From the NCBI GenBank assembly GCA_964402215.1, contig CAYOAT010000003.1, positions 29,167-93,166 of the forward strand: a stretch of 64,000 nucleotides of DNA, given 5' to 3'. Source of the stretch: an uncultured Candidatus Saccharibacteria bacterium (GTDB lineage: Bacteria > Patescibacteriota > Minisyncoccia > Phycocordibacterales > JAACPR01). Numbering within the stretch: position 1 is the first letter of the stretch; the number at the start of each line of letters is the position of its first letter. This document shows positions 9,299 through 17,960 of this stretch, piece after piece. A program made the translations under genes and the position numbers. Below the pieces are notes generated by a model that saw nothing but the letters and a program-made list of their open reading frames with translations, did not search any database and had not been told where the DNA came from.

Positions 9299-9868
9299 CT
9301 ATAACTCGCATTTTTCCAAGTAAGCCAACAGCTCGTCAAGCTTTTCGGTGGAAATATAGTTTGGGTTGTCCAACCAAACTTTTTTTGCAAGCTTACCAAA
9401 ATATTGGTTATTGCTTGCTTTGGCAATCTGTATCGCTTCATCATGCGACATCCAGAGGAGCCGTAGGGCAGTTGCCAACATCACAGCTTCGTCGGCCAAT
9501 TCGGGTAATCCAGAAAATGACATAATGAGATTTTTTGCTGGACCAACGCGAATTGCTCCTCCGTAGCAATTCTTCTCCGGATTTCGGCTTTGCCAACTGC
9601 TGATGTGCTCACTGTTCTGAGCCAATCTCACAGCTTTTTCTTGCGAATAGGCGAAGTATTGCTCTCTTTTTTCCGGGGGGCAAACATCGACAGCAAAAAT
9701 TATGATGGGGATGCCTTTTATCGAGGCGGCATCATAAAGGGTGAAGTACCCACTGTCACGACGTGGTTTTTCCTTGCCGTTTTCTGCTTGGATAATTTCG
9801 GCCATGTCACCGACTGTCCACTGTAGAAATCCCAAGATGTCTACATGACTGCGTCCTAATATCATCAT
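9299..9868 (-). CDS. Hypothetical protein
   Basis: 189 aa ORF. Weak resemblance of GGAIRVGPAKNLIMSFSGLPELADEAVMLATA to GlcG/DUF336-like GG..I..G...G..GVSG...DE...A motif. Not enough to name. Confidence 0.3.
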   Translation of the reverse strand: MMILGRSHVDILGFLQWTVGDMAEIIQAENGKEKPRRDSGYFTLYDAASIKGIPIIIFAVDVCPPEKREQYFAYSQEKAVRLAQNSEHISSWQSRNPEKNCYGGAIRVGPAKNLIMSFSGLPELADEAVMLATALRLLWMSHDEAIQIAKASNNQYFGKLAKKVWLDNPNYISTEKLDELLAYLEKCEL

Positions 9869-9949
9869 GATCTTTCTCCTTCCATTTTTATTTTTACATT
9901 GTTCAAAATCTGTCCGTGATACTACAATGAAATATGTTTAAGTCAAATT

Positions 9950-10002
9950 TTACGGACATCGTACGAATCACGGGGAATTAGATTAAGAGCTGGGCAAGGG
10001 AA
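9950..10002 (+). repeat. R1: truncated copy of island repeat family (ggacatcgtacgaa...ggggaatta...)
   Basis: Shares the 5' core GGACATCGTACGAA and the gagggaatta segment with R4-R7, middle part missing. Sits immediately upstream of gene 10024. Confidence 0.45.
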
Positions 10003-10023
10003 GTGTGTGATATAATATTTTTT

Positions 10024-10641
10024 ATGAAAAAATATATGTCATTATTAGTTGTTTTATTTATTTCTTTTTTTATAAATAATAATGCTGTTTTTGCATATGA
10101 ACCGTACGGGTTTAGTTCGTATGGAGCTACTGCATCTAATGCAATTTTGAGTATCACCTCTGTGAAAGAACTAAATGAAATTTCGAAGGTGGTTAAGGCA
10201 CAGATTAAAAATTTAAAAAGTGGTAGTCTCAGAGAAAATCTTTATATTCCAGAAATCACTCTTTCATTACCAGGTGGAACCGATTTTGGTTCAGCAGGGA
10301 TGGTCATGGATCAGCAATTAAAAGTTGTTGTCAAAAATGATAATCAGTTTGGTCAAGTTTTGGGTAGGAAAGATGTTGATTATGCTGTCTATTTGTATGA
10401 AACAACTAAAAATAAAAATAAAAAATTATTTGAAGCGGCTACCGGAACTGTTAATATTTTTGAAGGATATGGTGAGTTTTTCGTCAATATAGAAGGTGGT
10501 CAGCCCTTTGATGGGAAAAATATGGAGAAAACCTACCGAGCCATGGTTGTGATTGACTCATCAAAAGTTATTAAAGAATCAGATGAAAAAGATAACAGTG
10601 TCTGGTCTGATGAATGGCATATTACTTACTATAAAGGTTAA
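10024..10641 (+). CDS. Secreted hypothetical protein (signal peptide)
   Basis: Probable start MKKYMSLLVVLFISFFINNNAVFA (Sec signal, AxA-like site). 205 aa. Confidence 0.4.
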   Translation: MKKYMSLLVVLFISFFINNNAVFAYEPYGFSSYGATASNAILSITSVKELNEISKVVKAQIKNLKSGSLRENLYIPEITLSLPGGTDFGSAGMVMDQQLKVVVKNDNQFGQVLGRKDVDYAVYLYETTKNKNKKLFEAATGTVNIFEGYGEFFVNIEGGQPFDGKNMEKTYRAMVVIDSSKVIKESDEKDNSVWSDEWHITYYKG

Positions 10642-10667
10642 TAAAATGTTGTTTACTATCTAAGTTG

Positions 10668-10820
10668 TGTGCATTGTGCGAAACACTTAGAACCAAATAG
10701 AAATATGGGTTTTACAGACATATGATTTATTAGTTAAACTAGAAAATAGGGAATTGCACATTCTGAAGTACCAAGATTAGATATCACATAGTGGTAATTA
10801 AATTGTTATAATGTATTAAT
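10668..10820 (+). repeat. R2: ~150-bp conserved intergenic module (island repeat family) ending in extended -10 TGtTATAAT just 5' of ATG
   Basis: gcattgtgcgaaacacttagaaccaaatagaaatatgggtttt...gattagatatcacatagtggtaattaaattgttataatg aligns with R4-R8. Confidence 0.7.
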
Positions 10821-11132
10821 ATGAAATTATTAGTATACAGTCTTTTTTCATTGTTAATCTCGGTGGGTGTCGGATTTTCTTACCCAAATTATACCCAGAG
10901 CCAGAATCTAACAAGAATGTTTATTGTTTTGATGCTAATTATCATCTCAATATTATTTTCATATAGAAGCTTAAAAAATGCCAGATTAAATTTGGTGAAA
11001 AATAATCGAGCAACTTCCATAAATCATATTGTAGCTACGTCAGTTCTTTCCATATCAATAATGTATTTTTTACTTTCAATTCTAAGTATCGTTATAATAT
11101 TAATTTCTGGAGGAGATCTCCGCCAGTTTTAA
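10821..11132 (+). CDS. Small membrane protein (3 TM)
   Basis: 103 aa hydrophobic ORF starting directly after R2. Confidence 0.35.
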   Translation: MKLLVYSLFSLLISVGVGFSYPNYTQSQNLTRMFIVLMLIIISILFSYRSLKNARLNLVKNNRATSINHIVATSVLSISIMYFLLSILSIVIILISGGDLRQF

Positions 11133-11175
11133 TTATTTAAAAACTTACCAAATTTATCATTACAATTTTGATTTG

Positions 11176-11451
11176 TTATTTTACTCTTAATTTTATATAC
11201 CAGATAAAAACCCCTATTAAACCGATGACGTTAGTAATTTTCCAAGCAAACAACCACCATGGACCAGGAATAAAACCGTTAGTAATGATCTCTATAAAAT
11301 CTGATATGCCAAAAAATATCAAAACAATTGCTGAAAATATTGCCAATTTTTTATAGATTGTAGGAACAAGCCCATGAAGAATAATAGAGCTCAAACCTAA
11401 AAAAATCCAAAATATTCCTTCTAATAAATTAAATTGAATATAATCGTTCAT
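11176..11451 (-). CDS. Small membrane protein
   Basis: 91 aa, 3 hydrophobic helices. Confidence 0.3.
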   Translation of the reverse strand: MNDYIQFNLLEGIFWIFLGLSSIILHGLVPTIYKKLAIFSAIVLIFFGISDFIEIITNGFIPGPWWLFAWKITNVIGLIGVFIWYIKLRVK

Positions 11452-11469
11452 ATTTTATTTATTATATCA

Positions 11470-11515
11470 AAAGTAGATATCACATAGTGGTAATTAAATG
11501 ATATTATTTAAATAT
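11470..11515 (+). repeat. R3: 3'-portion-only copy of island repeat (agtagatatcacatagtggtaattaaatg)
   Basis: Near-identical to the 3' end of R2 and R8. Upstream of nuclease gene 11621. Confidence 0.45.
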
Positions 11516-11620
11516 ATAGAATAAAGCTAATTAAAACCGATTAAAAACTTATTCAAAAAATATAATAAACTTTCAAAAAAATATAAAGTTTTTGCTATTT
11601 TTCTAATTTCGGTACTCGCT

Positions 11621-12352
11621 TTGATTATTTTGTCTAAAATACTTGTTTTCAGTATTTTTATAGGGGAACGACTGCCCGAGGTAACAAGCACTAATACTTC
11701 AGAGTTCTTATTTTATTCAGTTACTCAGGTTATTGACGGGGATGTGATTGAAATAAGAATCAATGGAAAAGAGCATGTATTTCGTCTCATTGGACTAGAT
11801 ACTCCAGAAAGTGTAGACCCCATAAGAGAAGTTCAATGTTTTGGAAAAGAGGCTTCAAATAAAGCAAAGGAACTTCTGTTTAATAAAAAGGTTCGCATAG
11901 AAACAGATATGAGCCAAGGAGCTACAGATAAGTACGGTCGTATGCTTGCATATGTATATCGTGAAGATGGTCTTTTCTTTAATAAATATATGATTGAACA
12001 AGGATATGCCCGAGAATATACTTATGAAACAGTATATAAGTATCAATCTGAGTTCAAGGCAGCCCAAAAGAACGCGGAAATCTCCCAATTAGGACTTTGG
12101 TCTCCAGGTACCTGTAATGGAAATACTGCAGGTGCAAGCATCCAAACATTAGCTCAAACATATCCCTCTACGACCACCCAATCCTCAGGAAGTATTTATT
12201 ATACTTCAGCTCGTTACAACGCTAAATATTATTACCCAGAAGTCTGTGAGGAGTGGAAAGAATTAAGCCCGACCTTTTTGAAGTCATCTAATAATTTAGA
12301 AGAACTTTTATTTGTATATCCAGCAAGAACCAAGAGTCCTCTGTGTCCATAG
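11621..12352 (+). CDS. Membrane-anchored/secreted thermonuclease (staphylococcal nuclease, SNase-like) with C-terminal extension
   Basis: N-terminal hydrophobic anchor. VIDGDVIEI, RLIGLDTPE, DKYGRMLAYVY, EQGYAREY match SNase active-site/fold blocks (DTPE, Arg, GYA). Confidence 0.75.
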   Translation: MIILSKILVFSIFIGERLPEVTSTNTSEFLFYSVTQVIDGDVIEIRINGKEHVFRLIGLDTPESVDPIREVQCFGKEASNKAKELLFNKKVRIETDMSQGATDKYGRMLAYVYREDGLFFNKYMIEQGYAREYTYETVYKYQSEFKAAQKNAEISQLGLWSPGTCNGNTAGASIQTLAQTYPSTTTQSSGSIYYTSARYNAKYYYPEVCEEWKELSPTFLKSSNNLEELLFVYPARTKSPLCP

Positions 12353-12468
12353 AGTTTAAGGTTATAAAATTTCAACATTAATCTTAAGTAATAAGTGCCT
12401 TGTCAGAATGATATTTTCTGATTTATTAGTTTACTTAATTTCACCACTGGCGGTGTTTAAAATATTCA

Positions 12469-12619
12469 ATGGACATCGTAAAAAATACTTGGAACCAAAT
12501 AGAAATATGGGTATTTAAAATGCATGAAAAACTGTTTAAGCTAGAAAAGAGGGAATTACCCACTCTTGGATATAAATAATTAACATCACATCTAATTAGT
12601 TAAATGTTATTATTTAATT
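12469..12619 (+). repeat. R4: island repeat copy (ggacatcgtaaaaaatacttggaaccaaatagaaatatgggtatttaa...catcacatctaattagttaaatgttattat) abutting ATG 12620
   Basis: Contains TTGGAA-N17-TATTTA candidate promoter and a distal TGtTATTAT extended -10. Confidence 0.7.
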
Positions 12620-13384
12620 ATGAATATTAAAAAAAATATATTAACAATATCGTCACTTGTTATTTTAATAGTAGCAGCACTATTTATTTTTTTACAGAAA
12701 GATAAATTTGTTGAGAGTGATTTGGGACTTAAGGATGAAGATATAAAAGAAGTATCAGGTGATGGATTTAAAAATTGGATAGAAAATGAAGTTGTAAATA
12801 AAGAGCTTTGTTCACTCGAAGGTTCAGATAAAATTGTTTCTGTAACAACTTTGGAGGTCGGCAACTTTGGTGCTAAAAAAGTTTCTATCAATATAACAAA
12901 CTCAGAAGGAAGTTCTCTAAAGTCATTTGATTATGATGGTTCTGTTTGTCCTAGGGTTATAAAAAATAATAAAATATATTTTGAAAAACATGTGTATGAA
13001 TCCGAAGGTCAAATTTTACTGTTGGATATGAATAAACAAAATGGTTTTTTAAATCTAAATATTGGAAGTTTTGGTAGGGTAACGGATGATAAAAATTATT
13101 ATATTTATGTTGCAGATACGAAGGATGAAGATGGCGTAAAGGTGTGTGATAGTATTGAAAATTCATTTAAATATCCAAGGTCTGCTATTTGGGCAATGAA
13201 TTTAGATACTTTAGAAAAGAGAGTATTAATTGAGAGAAAAGATAAATATCTTGCATTAATAGATATATCTGGAAATGATATAAAATATTATGTATATGGA
13301 GTTGGCACAGATGAAGATGAATATGGTTGTCCATCAATAAATCAAGAAGAGAAATTATCTTTAAAATTCAGTAGCATATTTTAA
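12620..13384 (+). CDS. Membrane-anchored/secreted hypothetical protein
   Basis: N-terminal TM/signal MNIKKNILTISSLVILIVAALFIFL. 254 aa, Lys/Asp-rich ectodomain. Confidence 0.4.
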   Translation: MNIKKNILTISSLVILIVAALFIFLQKDKFVESDLGLKDEDIKEVSGDGFKNWIENEVVNKELCSLEGSDKIVSVTTLEVGNFGAKKVSINITNSEGSSLKSFDYDGSVCPRVIKNNKIYFEKHVYESEGQILLLDMNKQNGFLNLNIGSFGRVTDDKNYYIYVADTKDEDGVKVCDSIENSFKYPRSAIWAMNLDTLEKRVLIERKDKYLALIDISGNDIKYYVYGVGTDEDEYGCPSINQEEKLSLKFSSIF

Positions 13385-13387
13385 TTT

Positions 13388-13530
13388 GTGGACATCGTAC
13401 AAAATACTTGGAACCAAATAGAAATATGGGTTTTTTGAGCCGTATGATTTGCTAGTTAATCCAAAGAAGAGGGGATTATGATCCCTTGAGCATCAAAACT
13501 AGATGTCACATTACGGGAATTGAATATTGG
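13388..13530 (+). repeat. R5: island repeat copy with no plus-strand gene downstream (orphan)
   Basis: gtggacatcgtacaaaatacttggaaccaaatagaaatatgggtttttt...gctagttaatccaaagaagaggggatta. Followed by bidirectional hairpin aaccccaccaag...cttgatggggtt (~13578-13620). Confidence 0.65.
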
Positions 13531-13629
13531 TGAGGTACGAGGTGGCATTAGATAATTATTTATACAAAAGAAGAACCCCACCAAGTGCGGACCAGATAGG
13601 ATTCGACTTGATGGGGTTGGTTTACCTCA

Positions 13630-13998
13630 CTATTCACTTTTTTTTATTTTTACCGGTATGCATAACCCACTTTTTCTACCGGACTTGTATCTAACTTCAA
13701 TTTTATCGTTTGTGACGACGCTATCGAAAAGCTCCTTTTCGACACTGGATGAAATTTCTTCACCCTTTATATCGAAGCGAAGTTGATAGGACTCGGGCTT
13801 ATCCTTGCTGACCATTACTCTCCCGAATGGGACCATTGTGCTGGAAGCAGGGATTATCAGCTTTGTTTCGATTGTTGTAACCGTCGTCTTGATTGGTGCG
13901 ACACACACATCAATCAATATGATGGCCATAAACATTAAAAGTCCGACCATGGCGAGTACAATCAACAGCAAAATGAACGCACAGAATTCTTTGAACAC
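13630..13998 (-). CDS. Membrane-anchored hypothetical protein
   Basis: 122 aa. N-terminal TM MFKEFCAFILLLIVLAMVGLLMFMAIILI. Confidence 0.35.
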   Translation of the reverse strand: MFKEFCAFILLLIVLAMVGLLMFMAIILIDVCVAPIKTTVTTIETKLIIPASSTMVPFGRVMVSKDKPESYQLRFDIKGEEISSSVEKELFDSVVTNDKIEVRYKSGRKSGLCIPVKIKKSE

Positions 13999-14149
13999 AG
14001 TAAACTCCTTTTTAAATTAAATGTACTACTCAAATTCAAATAATATTATAACAAATATATATAAAATGTCAAATATATTTAAACAATTAAAAAGACCCCA
14101 CAGGCGTGAGGTCTCGAGATTCCATTTCAATCTCGAAAGTGTGGCGGTC

Positions 14150-14467
14150 CTATACCTTGACTAGAACCACCTGCAGGCCGTAATTGACCGCCGGTTCATG
14201 ACCAAAGTTTGTCGACCCATCATTCCGAACGTATGCAACGGTGAGGACTTTCCATCCATTCGTAACCATACGTTCAATGAGCTTGCTGGGGTTGATGTAT
14301 TTCGTGACAGAATCATCACCCTGGTGGTCAGGGTCGACAACGACCGAACCATCCATTTGAACCATGTGGCAGTTTCTGACGTCGGCGGCTTTTATGGCGG
14401 CCTTTTCAACTAGACCAACGACATGTCCCATTTCTTCGATTTCCAGGATTCCATTCTTTGCACTCAT
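14150..14467 (-). CDS. Hypothetical cytoplasmic protein
   Basis: Likely start MSAKNG (internal Met of ORF 14150..14515). Locally GC-richer than flanks. No secretion signal. Confidence 0.3.
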   Translation of the reverse strand: MSAKNGILEIEEMGHVVGLVEKAAIKAADVRNCHMVQMDGSVVVDPDHQGDDSVTKYINPSKLIERMVTNGWKVLTVAYVRNDGSTNFGHEPAVNYGLQVVLVKV

Positions 14468-14562
14468 CTTTTTTCCTTTCGGCCTATGACCGTGTGTATA
14501 TATGTAAACCCACAATGAGCCTACATAAGTATTATATCAGATATACAGAAAATGTCAAACTG

Positions 14563-14713
14563 GTGGACATCGTACGAAATACTTGGAACCAAACAGAAAT
14601 ATGGGTATTTAAGACTTATGAAAAACTGTTTAAGCTAGAAAAGAGGGAATTACACTCTCTTGTTCATCAGAAATAGACATCACATCTTGTTAGTTAAATG
14701 ATATAATTTTAAT
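14563..14713 (+). repeat. R6: island repeat copy abutting pilin-LVIVD gene ATG (14714); extended -10 aaTGaTATAAT 9 nt before ATG
   Basis: ggtggacatcgtacgaaatacttggaaccaaacagaaatatgggtatttaagac...agaaatagacatcacatcttgttagttaaatgatataat. Confidence 0.7.
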
Positions 14714-16342
14714 ATGAAAAACCGAAGACAAGGTTTCACTCTCCTTGAAATGCTTCTCGTTATAGCTATCATTGCGATTCTTGCTGCCATAGTAATCGTC
14801 GCAATTAATCCAGCTCGTCAATTAGCTCAAGCACGTAATGCCGAGAGAATTTCTGACCTAAATGCATTACATAAAGCTGTTCAACAATACTATATTGATA
14901 ATCGTGTCTGGCCACCACCAGATGACGATCTACCATCAGCACTAACCGATATCTGTAATACTGGTAATGGTGAAACAAACCCTTGTGTTCATCTAGAAGT
15001 CCTTGTCCCAGATTATTTACAATCTTTACCTCAAAACCCTGGTGGAGAGAACTATAAGATTGCATTCAATAGTAAAAAGTTTGCTTTTACTGCTCCTGGT
15101 TCAAAAGAACAAGGTTTGCCTGGTGTAGTCCTTGGAACATCTACTGATGCTGTCGATGATGAAGGTGGTGGAGGAGACACTGATCCAGAATGTAACGATG
15201 GAGAAGATAATGACGGCGATGGAGACATTGATTATCCGGATGATGCTGGATGCGATGATGCTGAGGATGATAGTGAAGCTGATGGCGTAGTACCGGTCGC
15301 CGGGGTTTGTGGGGCGGCTGATGGGCAGACACTTATTGAAGAACCAACTGAAGATTTATGTTCAGTTGGTGATACATCTGAGGTTCTTGGTGAAGGACCG
15401 TGGTTCTGGACTTGTGCTGGTCAAGACGGTGGAGAAGATGATGAGTGTCATGCAGACTATGATTTGCAACCAGTTTTAGTTGGGCAATATAATACTTCCG
15501 GTTGTTCACATGCTGTCCATATTTCCGGAAACTATGCATATGTTGCAGATGAAAGTTCTGGCTTACAAATAATAAACATTTCAGACCCAGCGAACCCAAT
15601 CTGGACTGGTTCATATGACACTCCTTATAATTCATACGGCGTCTATGTTTCGGGAAATTACGCATATGTTGCTGACGGAAGTTCAGGCTTACAAATAATA
15701 AACATTTCAAACCCAGCGAGCCCAGCCTTGACTGGTTCATATGATACACCTGGTGTGGCACGCGATGTCTATGTTTCTGGAAATTATGCATATGTTGCCG
15801 ATCAAAGTTCAGGCTTACAAATAATAAACATTTCAGACCCAGCGAACCCAACCTGGACTGGTTCATATGACACCCCCGGTAGTTCACACGATGTCTATGT
15901 CTTTGGAAATTACGCATATGTCGCCGATGCCATTTCAGGTTTACAAATAATAAACATTTCAGACCCAGCGAGCCCGGCCTGGACGGGTTCATATAATACT
16001 CCCAATAGTTCATATGGTGTCTATGTCTTTGGAAATTACGCATATGTAGCCGATGACAGTTCTGGCTTACAAATAATAAACATTTCAGACCCAGCGAACC
16101 CAACCTGGACTGGTTCATATGACACCCCCAGTAGTTCAAGCGATGTCTATGTTTCTGGAAACTATGCATATGTTGCTGATAACAGTTCTGGCTTACAAAT
16201 AATAAACATTTCTAACCCTTCGAGCCCAGCACAAGTTGGATCTTATTATGGTGGGGACGGTAATGCCTTCGGAGTTTATGTCTATGGAAATTATATATAT
16301 TCAGCTTTTTGTGCTTCCGGTTTGATTATTCACACCCCTTAA
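14714..16342 (+). CDS. Type IV pilin-like protein with acidic Asp-rich linker and C-terminal LVIVD-repeat beta-propeller domain
   Basis: N-terminus [47 protein letters not shown] (prepilin). Middle [26 protein letters not shown]. Seven tandem [23 protein letters not shown]...YDTP units (LVIVD-repeat signature). Confidence 0.8.
   Translation: [542 protein letters not shown]
15527..16280 (+). repeat. Tandem coding repeats (~126 bp period, ~6.5 copies) encoding LVIVD units
   Basis: Near-identical DNA blocks ...ggaaattacgcatatgttgc...ggcttacaaataataaacatttcagacccagcgaaccc... recur. They produce the spurious antisense ORF 15333..16169. Confidence 0.75.
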
Positions 16343-16399
16343 TCTGCTGGGTTTATTATTAAAAAAGTCAGATTAAAAATCTTGATGCAAAAATATTTT

Positions 16400-16545
16400 G
16401 TGGACATCGTACGAAATACTTGGAACCAAATAGAACATTGGGTATTTAAGACGTACGATAAGTTGTTTAATAAGGAAAAGAGGGGATTACACTCTCTTGT
16501 TCATCAGAAATAGACATCACATCTTGTTATTTAAACAACCATTGT
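16400..16545 (+). repeat. R7: island repeat copy downstream of pilin-LVIVD gene with no plus-strand gene following (orphan)
   Basis: gtggacatcgtacgaaatacttggaaccaaatagaacattgggtatttaagacg...agaaatagacatcacatcttgttatttaaac. Its 3' end overlaps stop of minus-strand gene 16527. Confidence 0.65.
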
Positions 16546-17333
16546 GCAATTAGATAAGTGAATAAACCTGCAAATATGGAGCACAAATTTAACACAGTTG
16601 ATAGAAAGAGACTTTTTCTTATACCTATCCTTAAAAATATTTTATAACCAATCGCTTCAACTATTATAATTATAATTTCACTGATTAGAATAATGTTTGT
16701 TAGATTTGCACCAGCAGTTGAAGTTAATAACCAAAAGGGAGTAAAAGTTATTAAGTTTAATATGACAAGTAAGATTGCTGCGTTTTTAAATTTGTTACCA
16801 GTTTTCTTGATTTGTTTTAAGAAAACTAGCAATGCAATTAATTCAATTACTATTGTTAATAATAATGGAAAAAGATATTGAATATAAGTTTCCGGAATTT
16901 TTGCAGTTCTTGTTTTCTCGATAATCAAGTTACCGTCCGATGATTTATTTAAAGAATATGTGACAGTTTGTTGCAGTAAGACATCATTATTTGATATCCA
17001 GACATCGTTTGGAGATATTTTGTCTGATAATAAGTGTAAATCTGAGGTATTATTTTGGCTACCCCACCAAATAGAATAACTACTGAATTTATAAACCGAC
17101 TTCAAACATTTATTAAACTCGATTGGTTCATAAGTATCTTTGTTGTTGAACCCCTTGAATCCAGGTGGTGAAACCCTATTGAATAAATAAATGTTCTCAT
17201 AATTATTAGAATTTTCTATGATGACGCATGTTTTCACTGGATGTGCGTTTGTTGGCGCTAAATCTGCATGTGCGATTCTTCCACTAAAAACAATAACAAT
17301 AAAAAATAATGTATAAACAATTTTTCTAATCAT
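16527..17333 (-). CDS. Signal-peptide protein with C-terminal multi-TM region, function unknown
   Basis: MIRKIVYTLFFIVIVFSGRIAHA signal. Ectodomain ~140 aa then 4 hydrophobic helices. Confidence 0.35.
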   Translation of the reverse strand: MIRKIVYTLFFIVIVFSGRIAHADLAPTNAHPVKTCVIIENSNNYENIYLFNRVSPPGFKGFNNKDTYEPIEFNKCLKSVYKFSSYSIWWGSQNNTSDLHLLSDKISPNDVWISNNDVLLQQTVTYSLNKSSDGNLIIEKTRTAKIPETYIQYLFPLLLTIVIELIALLVFLKQIKKTGNKFKNAAILLVILNLITFTPFWLLTSTAGANLTNIILISEIIIIIVEAIGYKIFLRIGIRKSLFLSTVLNLCSIFAGLFTYLIAQWLFK

Positions 17334-17382
17334 GAATCGATTATATCAAATAGTAAATGTTAGATATATCAGAGATTTTTAG

Positions 17383-17537
17383 TGGACATCGTACGAAATA
17401 CTTGGAACTAAATAGAATGTTGGGTTTTTAAGACGTATGATTTGCTAGTTAACCCCAAAAGGAGAGGATTAAGCACTCCGAAGTATAAAGATTAGATATC
17501 ACATAGTGATAATTAAGTGGTATTATTTGTTATACAA
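17383..17537 (+). repeat. R8: island repeat copy abutting gene 17538
   Basis: agtggacatcgtacgaaatacttggaactaaatagaatgttgggtttttaagacgtatgatttgctagttaacc...gattagatatcacatagtgataattaagtggtattat. Confidence 0.7.
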
Positions 17538-17960
17538 ATGCAAAAAGATACAAGACAGATTGTGATTTTTAATGGATATTTAATACTAACAATAATTAAT
17601 TACTCCGCATTGTTATTTATCAATTTATTTGGTTTAACACAAAAAAGTTTTTATATATTTGAAAAATATTACCCCTATGTAAGTAATTTTTGGCTGTTAC
17701 TTACTGTGGTGGCACTTATATATTTTTTGAAGCAAAAAACCAATAGGATTATTTTATGGATTCCAATTTTATATTTTTTAAATAGCGTAGTTAATTTAAT
17801 ATTTACAATGGTGTTGGATTTAAAGAATGGCAGTGTGTTAGTAGACACAAGCTCTGCGTTAGTGAGAGCATATTTAAATTATGGTCGCATTTTCTTAATC
17901 TATATATTACTATTTTCAGTAGTTTTATTTTTAAAACAATTTTTTGCAAAATCTAAATAA
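17538..17960 (+). CDS. Small membrane protein (4 TM)
   Basis: Probable start MQKDTRQ (ORF 17517..17960). Hydrophobic throughout. Confidence 0.3.
   Translation: MQKDTRQIVIFNGYLILTIINYSALLFINLFGLTQKSFYIFEKYYPYVSNFWLLLTVVALIYFLKQKTNRIILWIPILYFLNSVVNLIFTMVLDLKNGSVLVDTSSALVRAYLNYGRIFLIYILLFSVVLFLKQFFAKSK

Noticed and set aside
15333-16169. Long minus-strand ORF (278 aa, His/Leu/Gln-rich with internal repeats)
   Set aside because: It lies antisense to the pilin-LVIVD gene and exists only because the 126-bp tandem repeats lack stop codons in that frame. There is no independent start context. It is an artifact.
9900-17600. Integron gene-cassette array interpretation of the repeat island
   Set aside because: No intI-like tyrosine recombinase is present in the window. 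The repeats lack the imperfect internal palindrome and GTTRRRY core of attC sites, and they carry promoter-like -10 elements pointing into each gene. A cassette-promoter module fits better, although recombination at the repeats is not excluded.
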